Assembly (NCBI GenBank): GCA_013154355.1
Contig: JAADCU010000114.1
Coordinates: 1-58,186, forward strand
DNA from: Thermoproteota archaeon
Lineage (GTDB): Archaea > Thermoproteota > Thermoprotei > Thermoproteales > Thermocladiaceae
DNA length: 58,186 nucleotides
Direction of reading: 5' to 3'
The notes under the pieces were generated by a model that made no database searches, was not told the DNA's origin, and saw only the letters and a program-made list of their open reading frames with translations. The first letter of the stretch is position 1; the number at the start of each line of letters is the position of its first letter. This document shows positions 28,291 to 37,600 of this stretch, piece by piece. A program made the translations under genes and the position numbers.

Positions 28291-29631
28291 TGTTTTCAGA
28301 TCTTTTCTAGCTCTCTCTATAACTTCTAATGCATACTGTATAGCTCTCTCTATTAATTCCCTATAGTTTCCTAGGTAATTCTCAGGTCTTATACTTTCTA
28401 TCTCTTCTCTTGTAAGAATCTTACTTATCTCCTCGTCCTCAAGAAGCGCCTCCTGTAGAGACTTTCCCTCCACGTATCTTCTCGTTATTCTTCTAAGCAT
28501 CTCATGAGCTCTTCTTCTAGAAATCCCCTTCTTTATTAGAATATTCATCACCATCTCTGTAAGTGTAAAGTTTCTTAAAAGTTCAAGATTCTTCTTAATG
28601 TTTTTCTCATTTATTGCAAGATTCTTCAACACCTTAATCATAGATATAAGCATCTCGTCAAGTATGAGAAACGCGTGAGGTATCAATATTCTCTCGCAGC
28701 TACTATTAGTTAGATCTCTCTCATGCCACAGCGGTATGTTTTCTAACGCAGGTATTATGAGACCCCTCAACATTTTTGCGAGGCCAGAAACCTTTTCTGA
28801 CGTTACAGGATTAGCTTTATGAGGCATCGCTGAACTTCCAACTCTCTCAAAGGCTTCATACATCTCTCCTATCTCAGGTCTTGAAAGCTCTCTTATCTCA
28901 AGCGCAAGTCTATCAAGTTGAGAACCAATTATGGCTATTGCAGATATGAGAAAAGCAAAACCATCTCTCGGAGCTACCTGTGTAGATATTGCGTGAGGCT
29001 CTAGACCAAGCTTCTCGAGCGTTCTCTTCTCAACCTCTAGTCCTCTTCCCTCCCAGGCAGCCATGGTTCCTACAGCACCTGACATCTTTCCACGTACGAT
29101 CATCTTCTCAGCATACATGAGTATTTCAAGCCCTCTAGAGATCTCGTAGACGTAGTTAGCAAACTTGAAGCCTAGAGTTATTGGAAGAGCATGTTGTCCA
29201 TGTGTTCTACCTATCATGACTAGGTCAGCATACTTCCTGGCTTTGTCTATTAGATCTTCTAGAAGCTCTATAACTCTCCTCTTTATTATCTTTAATGCAT
29301 CTCTTATAAGTAGTGCCCATGTAGTATCTACTATATCGTAACTTGTTGCACCATAATGAACAAATCTACATCCTGACTTCTCCTCAAGCAGAAATGCTAG
29401 ACCAGCTATGTCATGTCCTATCTTTCTCTCCATCTCGTACACCTCTTCTGGTTTTACTTCAGCTTTCATGACTTTCTCACAGCATCCTTTTTCTGCTATG
29501 CCAAGCTCCTCTAGTGTACATACTAGAGCTCTTTCAACTTCTACGTACTTCCTTACTATATTTTCAACTCTAAATATGTTACGCATCTCCTCAGATCCAT
29601 AACGCCAGTCAAGTGGACATACGTAGTCCAT
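28279..29631 (-). CDS. purB: adenylosuccinate lyase
   Basis: Fumarase/lyase signature GSSAMPHKANP and an N-terminus of the type PLDWRYGSEEM. Confidence 0.9.
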   Translation of the reverse strand: MDYVCPLDWRYGSEEMRNIFRVENIVRKYVEVERALVCTLEELGIAEKGCCEKVMKAEVKPEEVYEMERKIGHDIAGLAFLLEEKSGCRFVHYGATSYDIVDTTWALLIRDALKIIKRRVIELLEDLIDKARKYADLVMIGRTHGQHALPITLGFKFANYVYEISRGLEILMYAEKMIVRGKMSGAVGTMAAWEGRGLEVEKRTLEKLGLEPHAISTQVAPRDGFAFLISAIAIIGSQLDRLALEIRELSRPEIGEMYEAFERVGSSAMPHKANPVTSEKVSGLAKMLRGLIIPALENIPLWHERDLTNSSCERILIPHAFLILDEMLISMIKVLKNLAINEKNIKKNLELLRNFTLTEMVMNILIKKGISRRRAHEMLRRITRRYVEGKSLQEALLEDEEISKILTREEIESIRPENYLGNYRELIERAIQYALEVIERARKDLKTLPS

Positions 29632-29777
29632 CCTTGGTTAACATGCTGAACATGTACTTATCGTTTAACCACTAAATTAAAAAGAGAAAGAGATATATAA
29701 CATACTAATCAAAAAGTAGGTCTTGACATAGTTCAACGGTTAAATATAGCTTAAGAAGAGATACTCACGGAAGAATC

Positions 29778-30614
29778 ATGTATAGTTGCACAGAGCTCAA
29801 GACCCCAGACCTACCTAATTCCGCTCGATACATCATCACCTACCTCAAGTATAAGCATCTCGTCGAGTGCGTTGACTCCGTAACATTTAGAGAATTAGTA
29901 GAAGGTACAGGTCTGTCCCCTAGAACCGTAAGAAAAGCAATATCCATGCTTCGTGATCTAGGTCTCATAAGAATAGTCAGAGACGTATCACATGGTAGAA
30001 GACACCTGTATCAGCTCAACTTCAAGAAATTGAGATCGTTCGATGGAAATGGTGAGAGACCTGTCAACGCAGGAATATACCTCATAGATGTTGGAATAGG
30101 CTTAAGAAAATTCATGAACCCTAAGGCATTATCAGTACTCTTCAATAGTGAGATAGTATTTCATACAGATAACGTGCCTGATCAAGTTCTCGATCTAGTA
30201 CCTGAAGGAACAGAGATATATCATGTATCGAAGCTTCAGAAGATGTTGTCCTCAATAGATGGTAAGGTTGCTACAATACTCATAGATGGTATACTAGACG
30301 AAGATTATGCTAGAAAGATACCTGAGATAGTTAAGTCAGTCTCAATAATAACATGTACATCTCCTATCACATATGCGGCGGAACTTCTCAGATGTGGAAG
30401 GTCGTGTAGAGTAATATTTAGGAGAACTCCAATACAGCTTCAGATACTTTCAAGAAGACCACTACGTCAGGTTAATGGAGATGTTGTGAAGTGTATAAAA
30501 GTTGAGCTATGTGGAGCTAATAATGATAAGATCTGTATTGAGGAGTGCTCGATAGAACAGTGCTTCTCTCATAATGATAATGTAGCATATGTGATCTATG
30601 TGAGGTCTACGTGA
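29778..30614 (+). CDS. winged-helix DNA-binding protein fused to an uncharacterised C-terminal domain (possibly a degenerate tetrapyrrole-methylase-like fold)
   Basis: wHTH: VTFRELVEGTGLSPRTVRKAISMLRDLGLIRI. The C-terminal IYLIDVGIG...SEIVFHTD...GKVATILIDGILDED...SIITCTSPITYAAE loosely mirrors TP-methylase motif order. Confidence 0.45.
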   Translation: MYSCTELKTPDLPNSARYIITYLKYKHLVECVDSVTFRELVEGTGLSPRTVRKAISMLRDLGLIRIVRDVSHGRRHLYQLNFKKLRSFDGNGERPVNAGIYLIDVGIGLRKFMNPKALSVLFNSEIVFHTDNVPDQVLDLVPEGTEIYHVSKLQKMLSSIDGKVATILIDGILDEDYARKIPEIVKSVSIITCTSPITYAAELLRCGRSCRVIFRRTPIQLQILSRRPLRQVNGDVVKCIKVELCGANNDKICIEECSIEQCFSHNDNVAYVIYVRST

Positions 30615-30621
30615 TCTACTT

Positions 30622-30639
30622 ATCTTACAAATCTTACAA
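30622..30639. repeat. perfect tandem 9-mer (ATCTTACAA x2) upstream of purA
   Basis: Read directly from the sequence. It lies 69-86 nt upstream of the purA GTG. Confidence 0.6.
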
Positions 30640-30707
30640 ACATTAATAATCTCAATCTCTAAGGAAATATTTCTTAAGATCCTTACAGATATGACTATAG
30701 GGAGAAT

Positions 30708-31724
30708 GTGCCTGCGACAGTGGTAGTAGGCGGAGCATTCGGAGACGAAGGCAAAGGCAAGGTAGTAGCCTATCTTGCATTAGCTGATAAGCCTGCTGGA
30801 GCCGTGAGAACAGGAGCAATAAATGCAGGACATACAGTAGTACATAGGGGAAGGATGTGGAAGCTCAGAATAGTGCCATCAGCCTTCTTATCAGAGAACA
30901 CTCGACTATTCATTGCACCAGGAGCCTTGACAAGGATTGACGTGTTCCTAAAGGAGGTAGAGGAGACAGGTGTAGAGGGGAGGATCATGATAGATGAGAA
31001 GACAGGCATAATAGAGGATAGACACGTAAAGATGGAGAGAGAAAACGAGTACCTAATGAAGGTCATAGGATCTACTGGACAGGGAGTTGGGGCTGCAATG
31101 GTAGAGAGAGTTCTAAGAGTTCTCAAGCTTGCAAGAGACTTTCCAGAGCTTAGAAGATATGTTGGAGATACTGTAGCCATAATAAACGAGATGCTGGACA
31201 AGGGAGAGACAGTGCTAGTGGAAGGTACGCAGGGAACCTTTCTAAGCCTCTACCATGGAACGTACCCATATGTCACGTCTAGAGACGTCACAGCATCAGC
31301 AGTCCTCAGTGAGGCAGGTATAGGTCCAAGAAAGGTTGGAGACATAGTCCTAGTATTTAAAGCATATTGGACAAGAGTAGGAGCAGGTGAACTACCTGGA
31401 GAACTACCTCCTGAGGAGGCCGCTAAGAGAGGATGGGTAGAGTATGGAACAGTTACTGGTAGACCTAGGAGAGTTGCACCATTTAACGTTGAGTGGGCCA
31501 GAAGAGCAATAATGTTGAACACTCCAACACAGATAGCGATAACAAAGCTAGATGCTCTATTTCCTGAAGCTAGAGGTAAACGTAGATGGGAAGATCTTCC
31601 TGTAGACGCAAGAAGATGGATCGAGGACCTTGAAGAAAAATTGAAGGTGCCTATAACGCTGATCGGAACAGGAGAAGATGCTGAAGACATGATCGATAGA
31701 AGAAGAGAAGTACTCGGAAAGTAG
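30708..31724 (+). CDS. purA: adenylosuccinate synthetase (short archaeal form)
   Basis: GTG start. Motifs GGAFGDEGKGKVVAYL, GTQGTFLS and TVTGRPRR. Confidence 0.9.
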   Translation: MPATVVVGGAFGDEGKGKVVAYLALADKPAGAVRTGAINAGHTVVHRGRMWKLRIVPSAFLSENTRLFIAPGALTRIDVFLKEVEETGVEGRIMIDEKTGIIEDRHVKMERENEYLMKVIGSTGQGVGAAMVERVLRVLKLARDFPELRRYVGDTVAIINEMLDKGETVLVEGTQGTFLSLYHGTYPYVTSRDVTASAVLSEAGIGPRKVGDIVLVFKAYWTRVGAGELPGELPPEEAAKRGWVEYGTVTGRPRRVAPFNVEWARRAIMLNTPTQIAITKLDALFPEARGKRRWEDLPVDARRWIEDLEEKLKVPITLIGTGEDAEDMIDRRREVLGK

Positions 31725-31791
31725 CGTGAAATAACTGCATGTAACATGCACATACTCTTTTAATAGTTCCAACACCATTCTCTGTATAGGA

Positions 31792-32379
31792 ATGGTGCTT
31801 GCAATATTGAAAGGCTCAGCCAAGATCTGCTCATCTCTAGACTATTTCGCAGAAGCATTGAAGAGACATGACGTAGACTGCTTCATGCTCAGCAACATCA
31901 TACTATGTATAGGAGAGAACCTTGTTCTCTGGAGTTCCAATATAGAGAAGACTCTTGACGAAAGCAAGACTATACCCCTACTTGAGGATAAACATGCACG
32001 AGTAATGCAACTCATAACAAATCTAATAGAATCAGTAGAGAGAAGAGATCATCTAACTAACGTGAAGACTGTTAGAGAGATCATAGATAGCTGTGCTCAA
32101 AGTATGGAGGATGCATTACTATTCAATATTGCTTTAAAAGAGCTTGAGGATTCTCTTAAATCAAGTTTAAATTCATGTATTGTTCTTCAGAGATCAGATA
32201 AAAATCTCATGAAAATACTAGTCAAGAGATGTGATAAGGTTAAGAAGGTAGATTTTCTGCTAGTGCTTGATCTCAATAATAGAGAGATTTCTAAAGCATC
32301 ATTGAATAAGCTTTCTAATATTCTAAAAGACCTCGGTATAAGAGATATTAAATTTCTGAAGATTAAAGCGAAATTGTAG
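31792..32379 (+). CDS. hypothetical protein
   Basis: 195-aa helical-looking ORF. No motif recognised. Confidence 0.4.
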   Translation: MVLAILKGSAKICSSLDYFAEALKRHDVDCFMLSNIILCIGENLVLWSSNIEKTLDESKTIPLLEDKHARVMQLITNLIESVERRDHLTNVKTVREIIDSCAQSMEDALLFNIALKELEDSLKSSLNSCIVLQRSDKNLMKILVKRCDKVKKVDFLLVLDLNNREISKASLNKLSNILKDLGIRDIKFLKIKAKL

Positions 32380-32441
32380 CTTTTACACACATAGGAAACC
32401 TTAATATCTAGTTAATCTAACTGTTCTCCATGGTCGATTAG

Positions 32442-33899
32442 GTGAGGTATGACGTAGTCATAGTAGGTGCAGGACCAGCTGGTCTCTTTGCAGCGTATGA
32501 GCTCTGTACAAATCTTGAGAAGTCTTCTAGAAAGCTCTCAATACTACTTGTTGACAAGGGAAGGAGAGCATTGGAGAGACAGTGTTATCTGAAGATCAAG
32601 GGAAAGTGCATGAAGTGCAGACCATGTAACATAATGTGTGGAATAGGCGGTGCTGGAACTCTCAGTAGTGGAACAATAAATCTCAGACCTGACATAGGAG
32701 GAGATCTTCACGAGCTCATAGGTAGCTGGGACATGGCTGAGAAGCTTGTATATTATGTTGATTCAATATTTGTAAAGTTTGGAGCGCCTGATAGAGTATT
32801 TGATCCCACATGCGAAGAGTTTAGAGAACTTCAAAGAAAATTCGTAAAAGTTGGTGCACAGCTCGTCAGAATAAGGCAGAGACATATAGGCACAGATAAC
32901 ACGCCTAAGGTGATAGAGAACATGACGAGATACATCGAGTCTCACGACGTCAAGATAGCAACATTGACGGAGGTATTTGACGTAGAGAAGAGATCTGACA
33001 CAATAATAGTTAGGACAAGTAGAGGAGATGTTGAATGTAAGGTAGTACTGATGGCTCCAGGACGTTCAGGTGCTGAATGGTTTAAAGAAGTTGCTAAGAA
33101 ACTTGGAATACAGCTTGAGCCTAATCCTCTCGATATTGGTGTACGCGTTGAAGTCCCATACTACGTGATGGAGCCTCTTACAAAGTTCTTTTTTGATCCT
33201 AAGATAATAATATACACGAAGACCTATGATGACAAAGTTAGAACATTCTGTACAAATCCGGGGGGTTTTGTCATAAGAGAGAACTATGACGACGGTACTG
33301 TCGGCGTAAATGGAGAGACCTATACAGATAGGAAATCTAAGAACACGAACTTTGCTCTTCTAGTAAGTCTGAGACTTACAGATCCTCTAAGTGATACTAT
33401 AGAGTATGGTAAAGCTATCGCAAGAATGGTAACAAAGCTTGGTGATGGTAGACCAATAATACAGAGACTTGGTGATCTTAGAGTAGGGAGAAGATCTACC
33501 TGGGATAGAATACGTAGAAGCATAGTTGAACCAACGTTAAAGGAGGTTGCACCAGGTGATATTGCTCTAGCACTTCCTCATAGAGTAGTCACAGATCTAC
33601 TGGAGGCATTAGATAGAATAGATGAGGTCATTCCTGGAGTAGCGTCTAGTCATACTCTCCTGTATGCTCCAGAGATAAAGTACTACAGCATGAGAGCAGT
33701 AGTTAACAGATTCATGGAGACGACGGTAGAGAACATATTTGCTGCAGGTGATGGAGCAGGTCTCTCTAGAGGTATAAATATTGCTGCTGCTACGGGAGTG
33801 ATAGCTGCATGGGGAATATTGAATAAGTTTGGTATTGAGATAACAAATCCACTATATGATGAATATGAGAAGGTAACAGCGGGAGTAGAGAGGACTTAA
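32442..33899 (+). CDS. FAD-dependent oxidoreductase (COG2509-like uncharacterised dehydrogenase)
   Basis: GTG start. Motifs [19 protein letters not shown] and the C-terminal [13 protein letters not shown]. Confidence 0.6.
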   Translation: MRYDVVIVGAGPAGLFAAYELCTNLEKSSRKLSILLVDKGRRALERQCYLKIKGKCMKCRPCNIMCGIGGAGTLSSGTINLRPDIGGDLHELIGSWDMAEKLVYYVDSIFVKFGAPDRVFDPTCEEFRELQRKFVKVGAQLVRIRQRHIGTDNTPKVIENMTRYIESHDVKIATLTEVFDVEKRSDTIIVRTSRGDVECKVVLMAPGRSGAEWFKEVAKKLGIQLEPNPLDIGVRVEVPYYVMEPLTKFFFDPKIIIYTKTYDDKVRTFCTNPGGFVIRENYDDGTVGVNGETYTDRKSKNTNFALLVSLRLTDPLSDTIEYGKAIARMVTKLGDGRPIIQRLGDLRVGRRSTWDRIRRSIVEPTLKEVAPGDIALALPHRVVTDLLEALDRIDEVIPGVASSHTLLYAPEIKYYSMRAVVNRFMETTVENIFAAGDGAGLSRGINIAAATGVIAAWGILNKFGIEITNPLYDEYEKVTAGVERT

Positions 33900-33926
33900 A
33901 AACACCCTCAGAAACTATCACACGCC

Positions 33927-34301
33927 ATGCCAAGCTCTAGACCACCAACGGGACCGACGAACGAGAGACTGAGAATGTTGATAAGATTTCTCAGGAAAGC
34001 ATCTAAGGAGAACAACGCGAGAATATGGAGATACGTAGCTGAGCTACTTGAGAAGCCTAGGAGAAGAAGAGTCGAGGTCAATGTTGGAAAACTTGAAAGA
34101 TTATGTACAGATGGTGACGTCGTAGTCATACCAGGAAAGCTTCTTGGAGACGGTGTTCTAACGAAGAAGATCACAGTTGCAGCATATGCATTCTCTAAGA
34201 CAGCTTACGAGAAGATTATTCGAGCTGGTGGTAAACCAATATCGATACCTGACCTTGTTCGTGAGAATCCTAGAGGAAGTAATGTTAAAATAATAATATG
34301 A
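33927..34301 (+). CDS. rpl18e: 50S ribosomal protein L18e
   Basis: Sequence TNERLRMLIRFLRKASKENNARIWRYVAELLEKPRRRRVEVNVGKLERL ... VVIPGKLLGDG is typical of L18e. Confidence 0.8.
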   Translation: MPSSRPPTGPTNERLRMLIRFLRKASKENNARIWRYVAELLEKPRRRRVEVNVGKLERLCTDGDVVVIPGKLLGDGVLTKKITVAAYAFSKTAYEKIIRAGGKPISIPDLVRENPRGSNVKIII

Positions 34302-34317
34302 ACAACAGTTTAAATTA

Positions 34318-35307
34318 GTGTCAATTACGTACATACTAGTCGGAGCCATAGCAGTAATAGTAGGTGGTCTACTCTTTACTAGATCAATAGAATACCTTGC
34401 CTCTAGGCTCGGCCTAACAACATCTCTAGTAGGTGCCGTGATATCGCCTATACTTACATCACTTCCTGAGCTTACTGTGATAGTTGTAGCTCTCCTACAT
34501 GGTGGATTATCTGGAAGTGAGATAAGTATAGGCACGGTGATCGGAGAACCATTCATGGCTTCCACAATAATATACCCCATGCTCATAATAGTAGCATTAT
34601 TATCATATCTTAGAGGAAGAAGAGAAAGACCTTACTTATCTCCAGGAAGAGAGGTCGTTATACCGTTCATAGTGTTCACAGCTCTATTCCCTTTTGTACT
34701 TGTTCCTCATTATATTAGAACTCTACCTCTAAGATATGCTATAGGTATACTCCTTATATCATCATACGTAATCTATGTGATAACTATGTCTAAGAGAGGC
34801 ATGTTAATCGAACATGAAGAACATGGGTCAGTGATATTTAGTAAGTTTCTTAAAAAGACTTCTCTTGCCGCATCTATACAGCTCATAATATCTGTATCTT
34901 TAATATATTTTGGTTCTGAGCTTCTTGTTAATGGAGTAATATTTTTATCTAAGATGTTTAGAATAGATCCACAGCTATTATCAATAGTCATAGTTCCATC
35001 AGTATCTGCTCTCCCAGAATCAGTTGTTGGACTTCACTGGGCATATCAAGGTAAGGATACTCTTGCTATAGAATCGATAGTTGGTGAGAAGGTTCTGTAT
35101 TCAACATTCTATCCTGGCATGACTCTGATGGTTACTGACTGGGTTTTGAAGTTTAGCGCTATCTTCTGTGTCATAGTTACTGTACTTGTATCACTATCTA
35201 TGATATACTACATCTATAGAGGCAAGATAGGGTACGAGATCGCTGGTATAGGTCTTGCAGGTTATGTAATATATGTTCTCATGATGATTCATGTTCTCTC
35301 TCTATGA
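34318..35307 (+). CDS. Ca2+/cation antiporter (CaCA, YrbG-like) family membrane protein
   Basis: Polytopic membrane protein with two alpha-repeat-like motifs (ISPILTSLPELTV and PSVSALPESVVG). Confidence 0.55.
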   Translation: MSITYILVGAIAVIVGGLLFTRSIEYLASRLGLTTSLVGAVISPILTSLPELTVIVVALLHGGLSGSEISIGTVIGEPFMASTIIYPMLIIVALLSYLRGRRERPYLSPGREVVIPFIVFTALFPFVLVPHYIRTLPLRYAIGILLISSYVIYVITMSKRGMLIEHEEHGSVIFSKFLKKTSLAASIQLIISVSLIYFGSELLVNGVIFLSKMFRIDPQLLSIVIVPSVSALPESVVGLHWAYQGKDTLAIESIVGEKVLYSTFYPGMTLMVTDWVLKFSAIFCVIVTVLVSLSMIYYIYRGKIGYEIAGIGLAGYVIYVLMMIHVLSL

Positions 35308-35354
35308 GTATCATAGTGCTTAAATATCATTTAGATGCTCTAGCTGTCTACTAG

Positions 35355-36440
35355 ATGGAGAGGGAGATATTGAAGAAATTGAAAGCGAGGGCTATCGTGC
35401 TAGCTGAAGGAAAGTTCGGCGAGCTGACAGGTAAGACCTGTAACATACTCGTAATGTATAGCGGCTGGAGAAGAGTCACAGTTCTCTCAGTCATAGATTC
35501 TAGATACGCTGGACTAGACGCTGGAGAAGTGCTGAGACTAGGCAAGCTAGGAATACCAGTAGTCTCATCTCTCAGAGAAGCCTTAGAGGTATCCAACCCT
35601 GATACACTGATAGTAGGTATCTCTCCTGTAGGAGGAAGACTGCCAGAACATTATAGAAAGGTGATAATAGAAGCTATAGAACATGGCTTAAATGTGTGGA
35701 GTGGACTACACATATTCCTAAGCGAGGATCCAGAGATCTCTAGACTGGCACAATCACGTGGAGTATCGATAATAGATTTTAGAAAACCTCCAAAAGACTT
35801 GAGAATATGGTCAGGACAGATATACAACTCTAGAACAGTTAGGATACTCGTAGCAGGAACAGACTGCTCTGTAGGAAAAAACGTCACATCAATAGAACTA
35901 GTAAGAGAACTAGAAAGGAGAGGACTGAGAGTCGGTCTAGTAGGCACTGGTCAGACAATGCTCATGGTTGGTGCAGATGCTGGAACAGTTGTCGATGCTG
36001 TTCCTGCAGATTTTGTTCCAGGAGAGGTAGAGAAACATGTAATTGATCTAGAAAAAGAGAACATAAACGTTATAATAGTGGAAGGGCAGGCATCTCTTCT
36101 TCATCCAGCATATTCTCAGGTAACATTAGGAATCTACTATGGGTCAATGCCTCACGGTGTAGTACTATGTCATGATCCATGGAGAACATATAGAGAAAGC
36201 TTTGAACATTTAAAAATTAGAGTACCAAGCATAGAGGAGGAGATCAATGCCGCGAAAGCACATATAGGTAACATAAAGCTCATAGCAGTATCAGTAATGG
36301 GTAAAGGTAGAACAAGACCAGAAATTGAAGAGGCTTGTAAACTAATAGAAGATAAGTATCACGTACCTGCAGCTGATCCAAGACTCGACATCAAGAAGAT
36401 AGCTGATAAAGTAGAGGAGCTAGTTAGATCTCTAACTTAA
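35355..36440 (+). CDS. DUF1611 (COG3367, DgcN-like) family protein
   Basis: P-loop-like VAGTDCSVGKNVTSIEL and EGQASLLHPAY. Its partner is the adjacent dipeptide epimerase. Confidence 0.55.
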   Translation: MEREILKKLKARAIVLAEGKFGELTGKTCNILVMYSGWRRVTVLSVIDSRYAGLDAGEVLRLGKLGIPVVSSLREALEVSNPDTLIVGISPVGGRLPEHYRKVIIEAIEHGLNVWSGLHIFLSEDPEISRLAQSRGVSIIDFRKPPKDLRIWSGQIYNSRTVRILVAGTDCSVGKNVTSIELVRELERRGLRVGLVGTGQTMLMVGADAGTVVDAVPADFVPGEVEKHVIDLEKENINVIIVEGQASLLHPAYSQVTLGIYYGSMPHGVVLCHDPWRTYRESFEHLKIRVPSIEEEINAAKAHIGNIKLIAVSVMGKGRTRPEIEEACKLIEDKYHVPAADPRLDIKKIADKVEELVRSLT

Positions 36441-37506
36441 CACCAAGCCCTGGATCTGAGGGAAGGATAATCTTATCACAATCATATGTAACTCCGCCAT
36501 TGACCTTAACATCTATGGAATCTATTAGAAGAGGAGAATCAAGATCAACATAATCTACATCACATGCAGCAGCTATACATGCGGCAGCGGTTATAGATAC
36601 CTGTGTCTCAAGCATGCAGCCAACCATGATCTTCAGTCCTAGCTCTCTAGCTGCTCTACATGCTTGAAATCCATCGATGACACTTCCAAACTTCATTAAT
36701 TTCATATTAATGCCATCACAGGCACCTCTACACCATGAATGAACTATATCTCTAATACTCATAATGGACTCATCAAGTATGATTGGAAGATTAGTTTTCT
36801 CTCTTAATATCCTTAAATCATCTATCATCCATCTTGGAAGAGGCTGCTCAATAAGCTCCACATTATCGTAACTCTCTAACACTTTTATAAACTTCATAGC
36901 TGTCTTAAGATCTTTCCATCCCTGGTTTGCATCTATTCTTATCTTTATCCTACTAGGAATATTATCTAATAATATTCTAATTCTTTCAAAATCTTTCTCA
37001 GGTTCTCCAAGTTTTATTTTTAAAATTCTGAATCCTCTCGCTATGTAGTTTCTAGCTTCTTCGACCATGTCGTATGGATCTCCAAGACTCACCGTGATAT
37101 CCGTAGTTAACTCCTTTCTCTCTGATCCAAAGAACCTCCATAAGGGTAATCCTAGCTCTCTACAGGATAAATCTAGGAATGCCATCTCTATACCTGTTAA
37201 AGCATCTTTAGGATTCTTAACATAGTTCTCAAATATCTTCCTAACCTTACATAAGTCAAGTCCTGTAAGCTCCTGCTTTATAGCATGTTCAAGAAAAAGT
37301 TCTACTCCATCAATTATGGATAATACTGATGATCCTACGACTGCTCTAGATGGAGATGATTCTCCATAACCAACATTACCTCTCTTATCTATGACACATA
37401 TATAGACAACGTTCTCGCCTTCACGTTCACTAAGAGCTGTCCTGAAGGTTTTTCTCAGCTTGACGTAGGCTTTTTTAACTCTTATCTCAGATATAGGATA
37501 GGACAT
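36424..37506 (-). CDS. enolase-superfamily dipeptide (L-Ala-D/L-Glu-type) epimerase
   Basis: MLE-subgroup motifs KIKLG, IRIDANQGW, IEQPL, ILDES and MKLMKFG. It has a 17-nt convergent overlap with the DUF1611 gene. Confidence 0.75.
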   Translation of the reverse strand: MSYPISEIRVKKAYVKLRKTFRTALSEREGENVVYICVIDKRGNVGYGESSPSRAVVGSSVLSIIDGVELFLEHAIKQELTGLDLCKVRKIFENYVKNPKDALTGIEMAFLDLSCRELGLPLWRFFGSERKELTTDITVSLGDPYDMVEEARNYIARGFRILKIKLGEPEKDFERIRILLDNIPSRIKIRIDANQGWKDLKTAMKFIKVLESYDNVELIEQPLPRWMIDDLRILREKTNLPIILDESIMSIRDIVHSWCRGACDGINMKLMKFGSVIDGFQACRAARELGLKIMVGCMLETQVSITAAACIAAACDVDYVDLDSPLLIDSIDVKVNGGVTYDCDKIILPSDPGLGVKLEI

Positions 37507-37536
37507 AAATTAGTTTAAAGAGAACCTAATATATAA

Positions 37537-37596
37537 GTGATGAGGGTGCGGTCAGTGGACCCGCCTCAGAGAGGTGAAGAAGCTAGACTACGCTGA
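37537..37596 (+). ncRNA. C/D box sRNA candidate
   Basis: Box layout: C box GTGATGA (37537-37543), C' GTGAAGA (37574-37580), 12-nt spacer AGCTAGACTACG, D box CTGA (37593-37596). The D' box is unclear (TGGA or CAGA). 60 nt, intergenic. Confidence 0.45.
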
Positions 37597-37600
37597 ACAT

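Noticed and set aside
30622-30639. Tandem 9-mer as a possible CRISPR or minisatellite
   Set aside because: There are only two copies, with no spacers. It is too short to be an array, so I kept it only as a possible regulatory repeat.
30770-31753. Two long minus-strand ORFs (143 and 167 aa) inside purA
   Set aside because: They are antisense shadows of a well-conserved purA frame, with low-complexity Ser/Thr/Leu content.
37544-37573. GC-rich island that might be a tRNA or tRNA fragment
   Set aside because: It is only about 30 nt long and has no acceptor, D, anticodon or T-arm arrangement. It fits better as the internal part of a C/D sRNA candidate.
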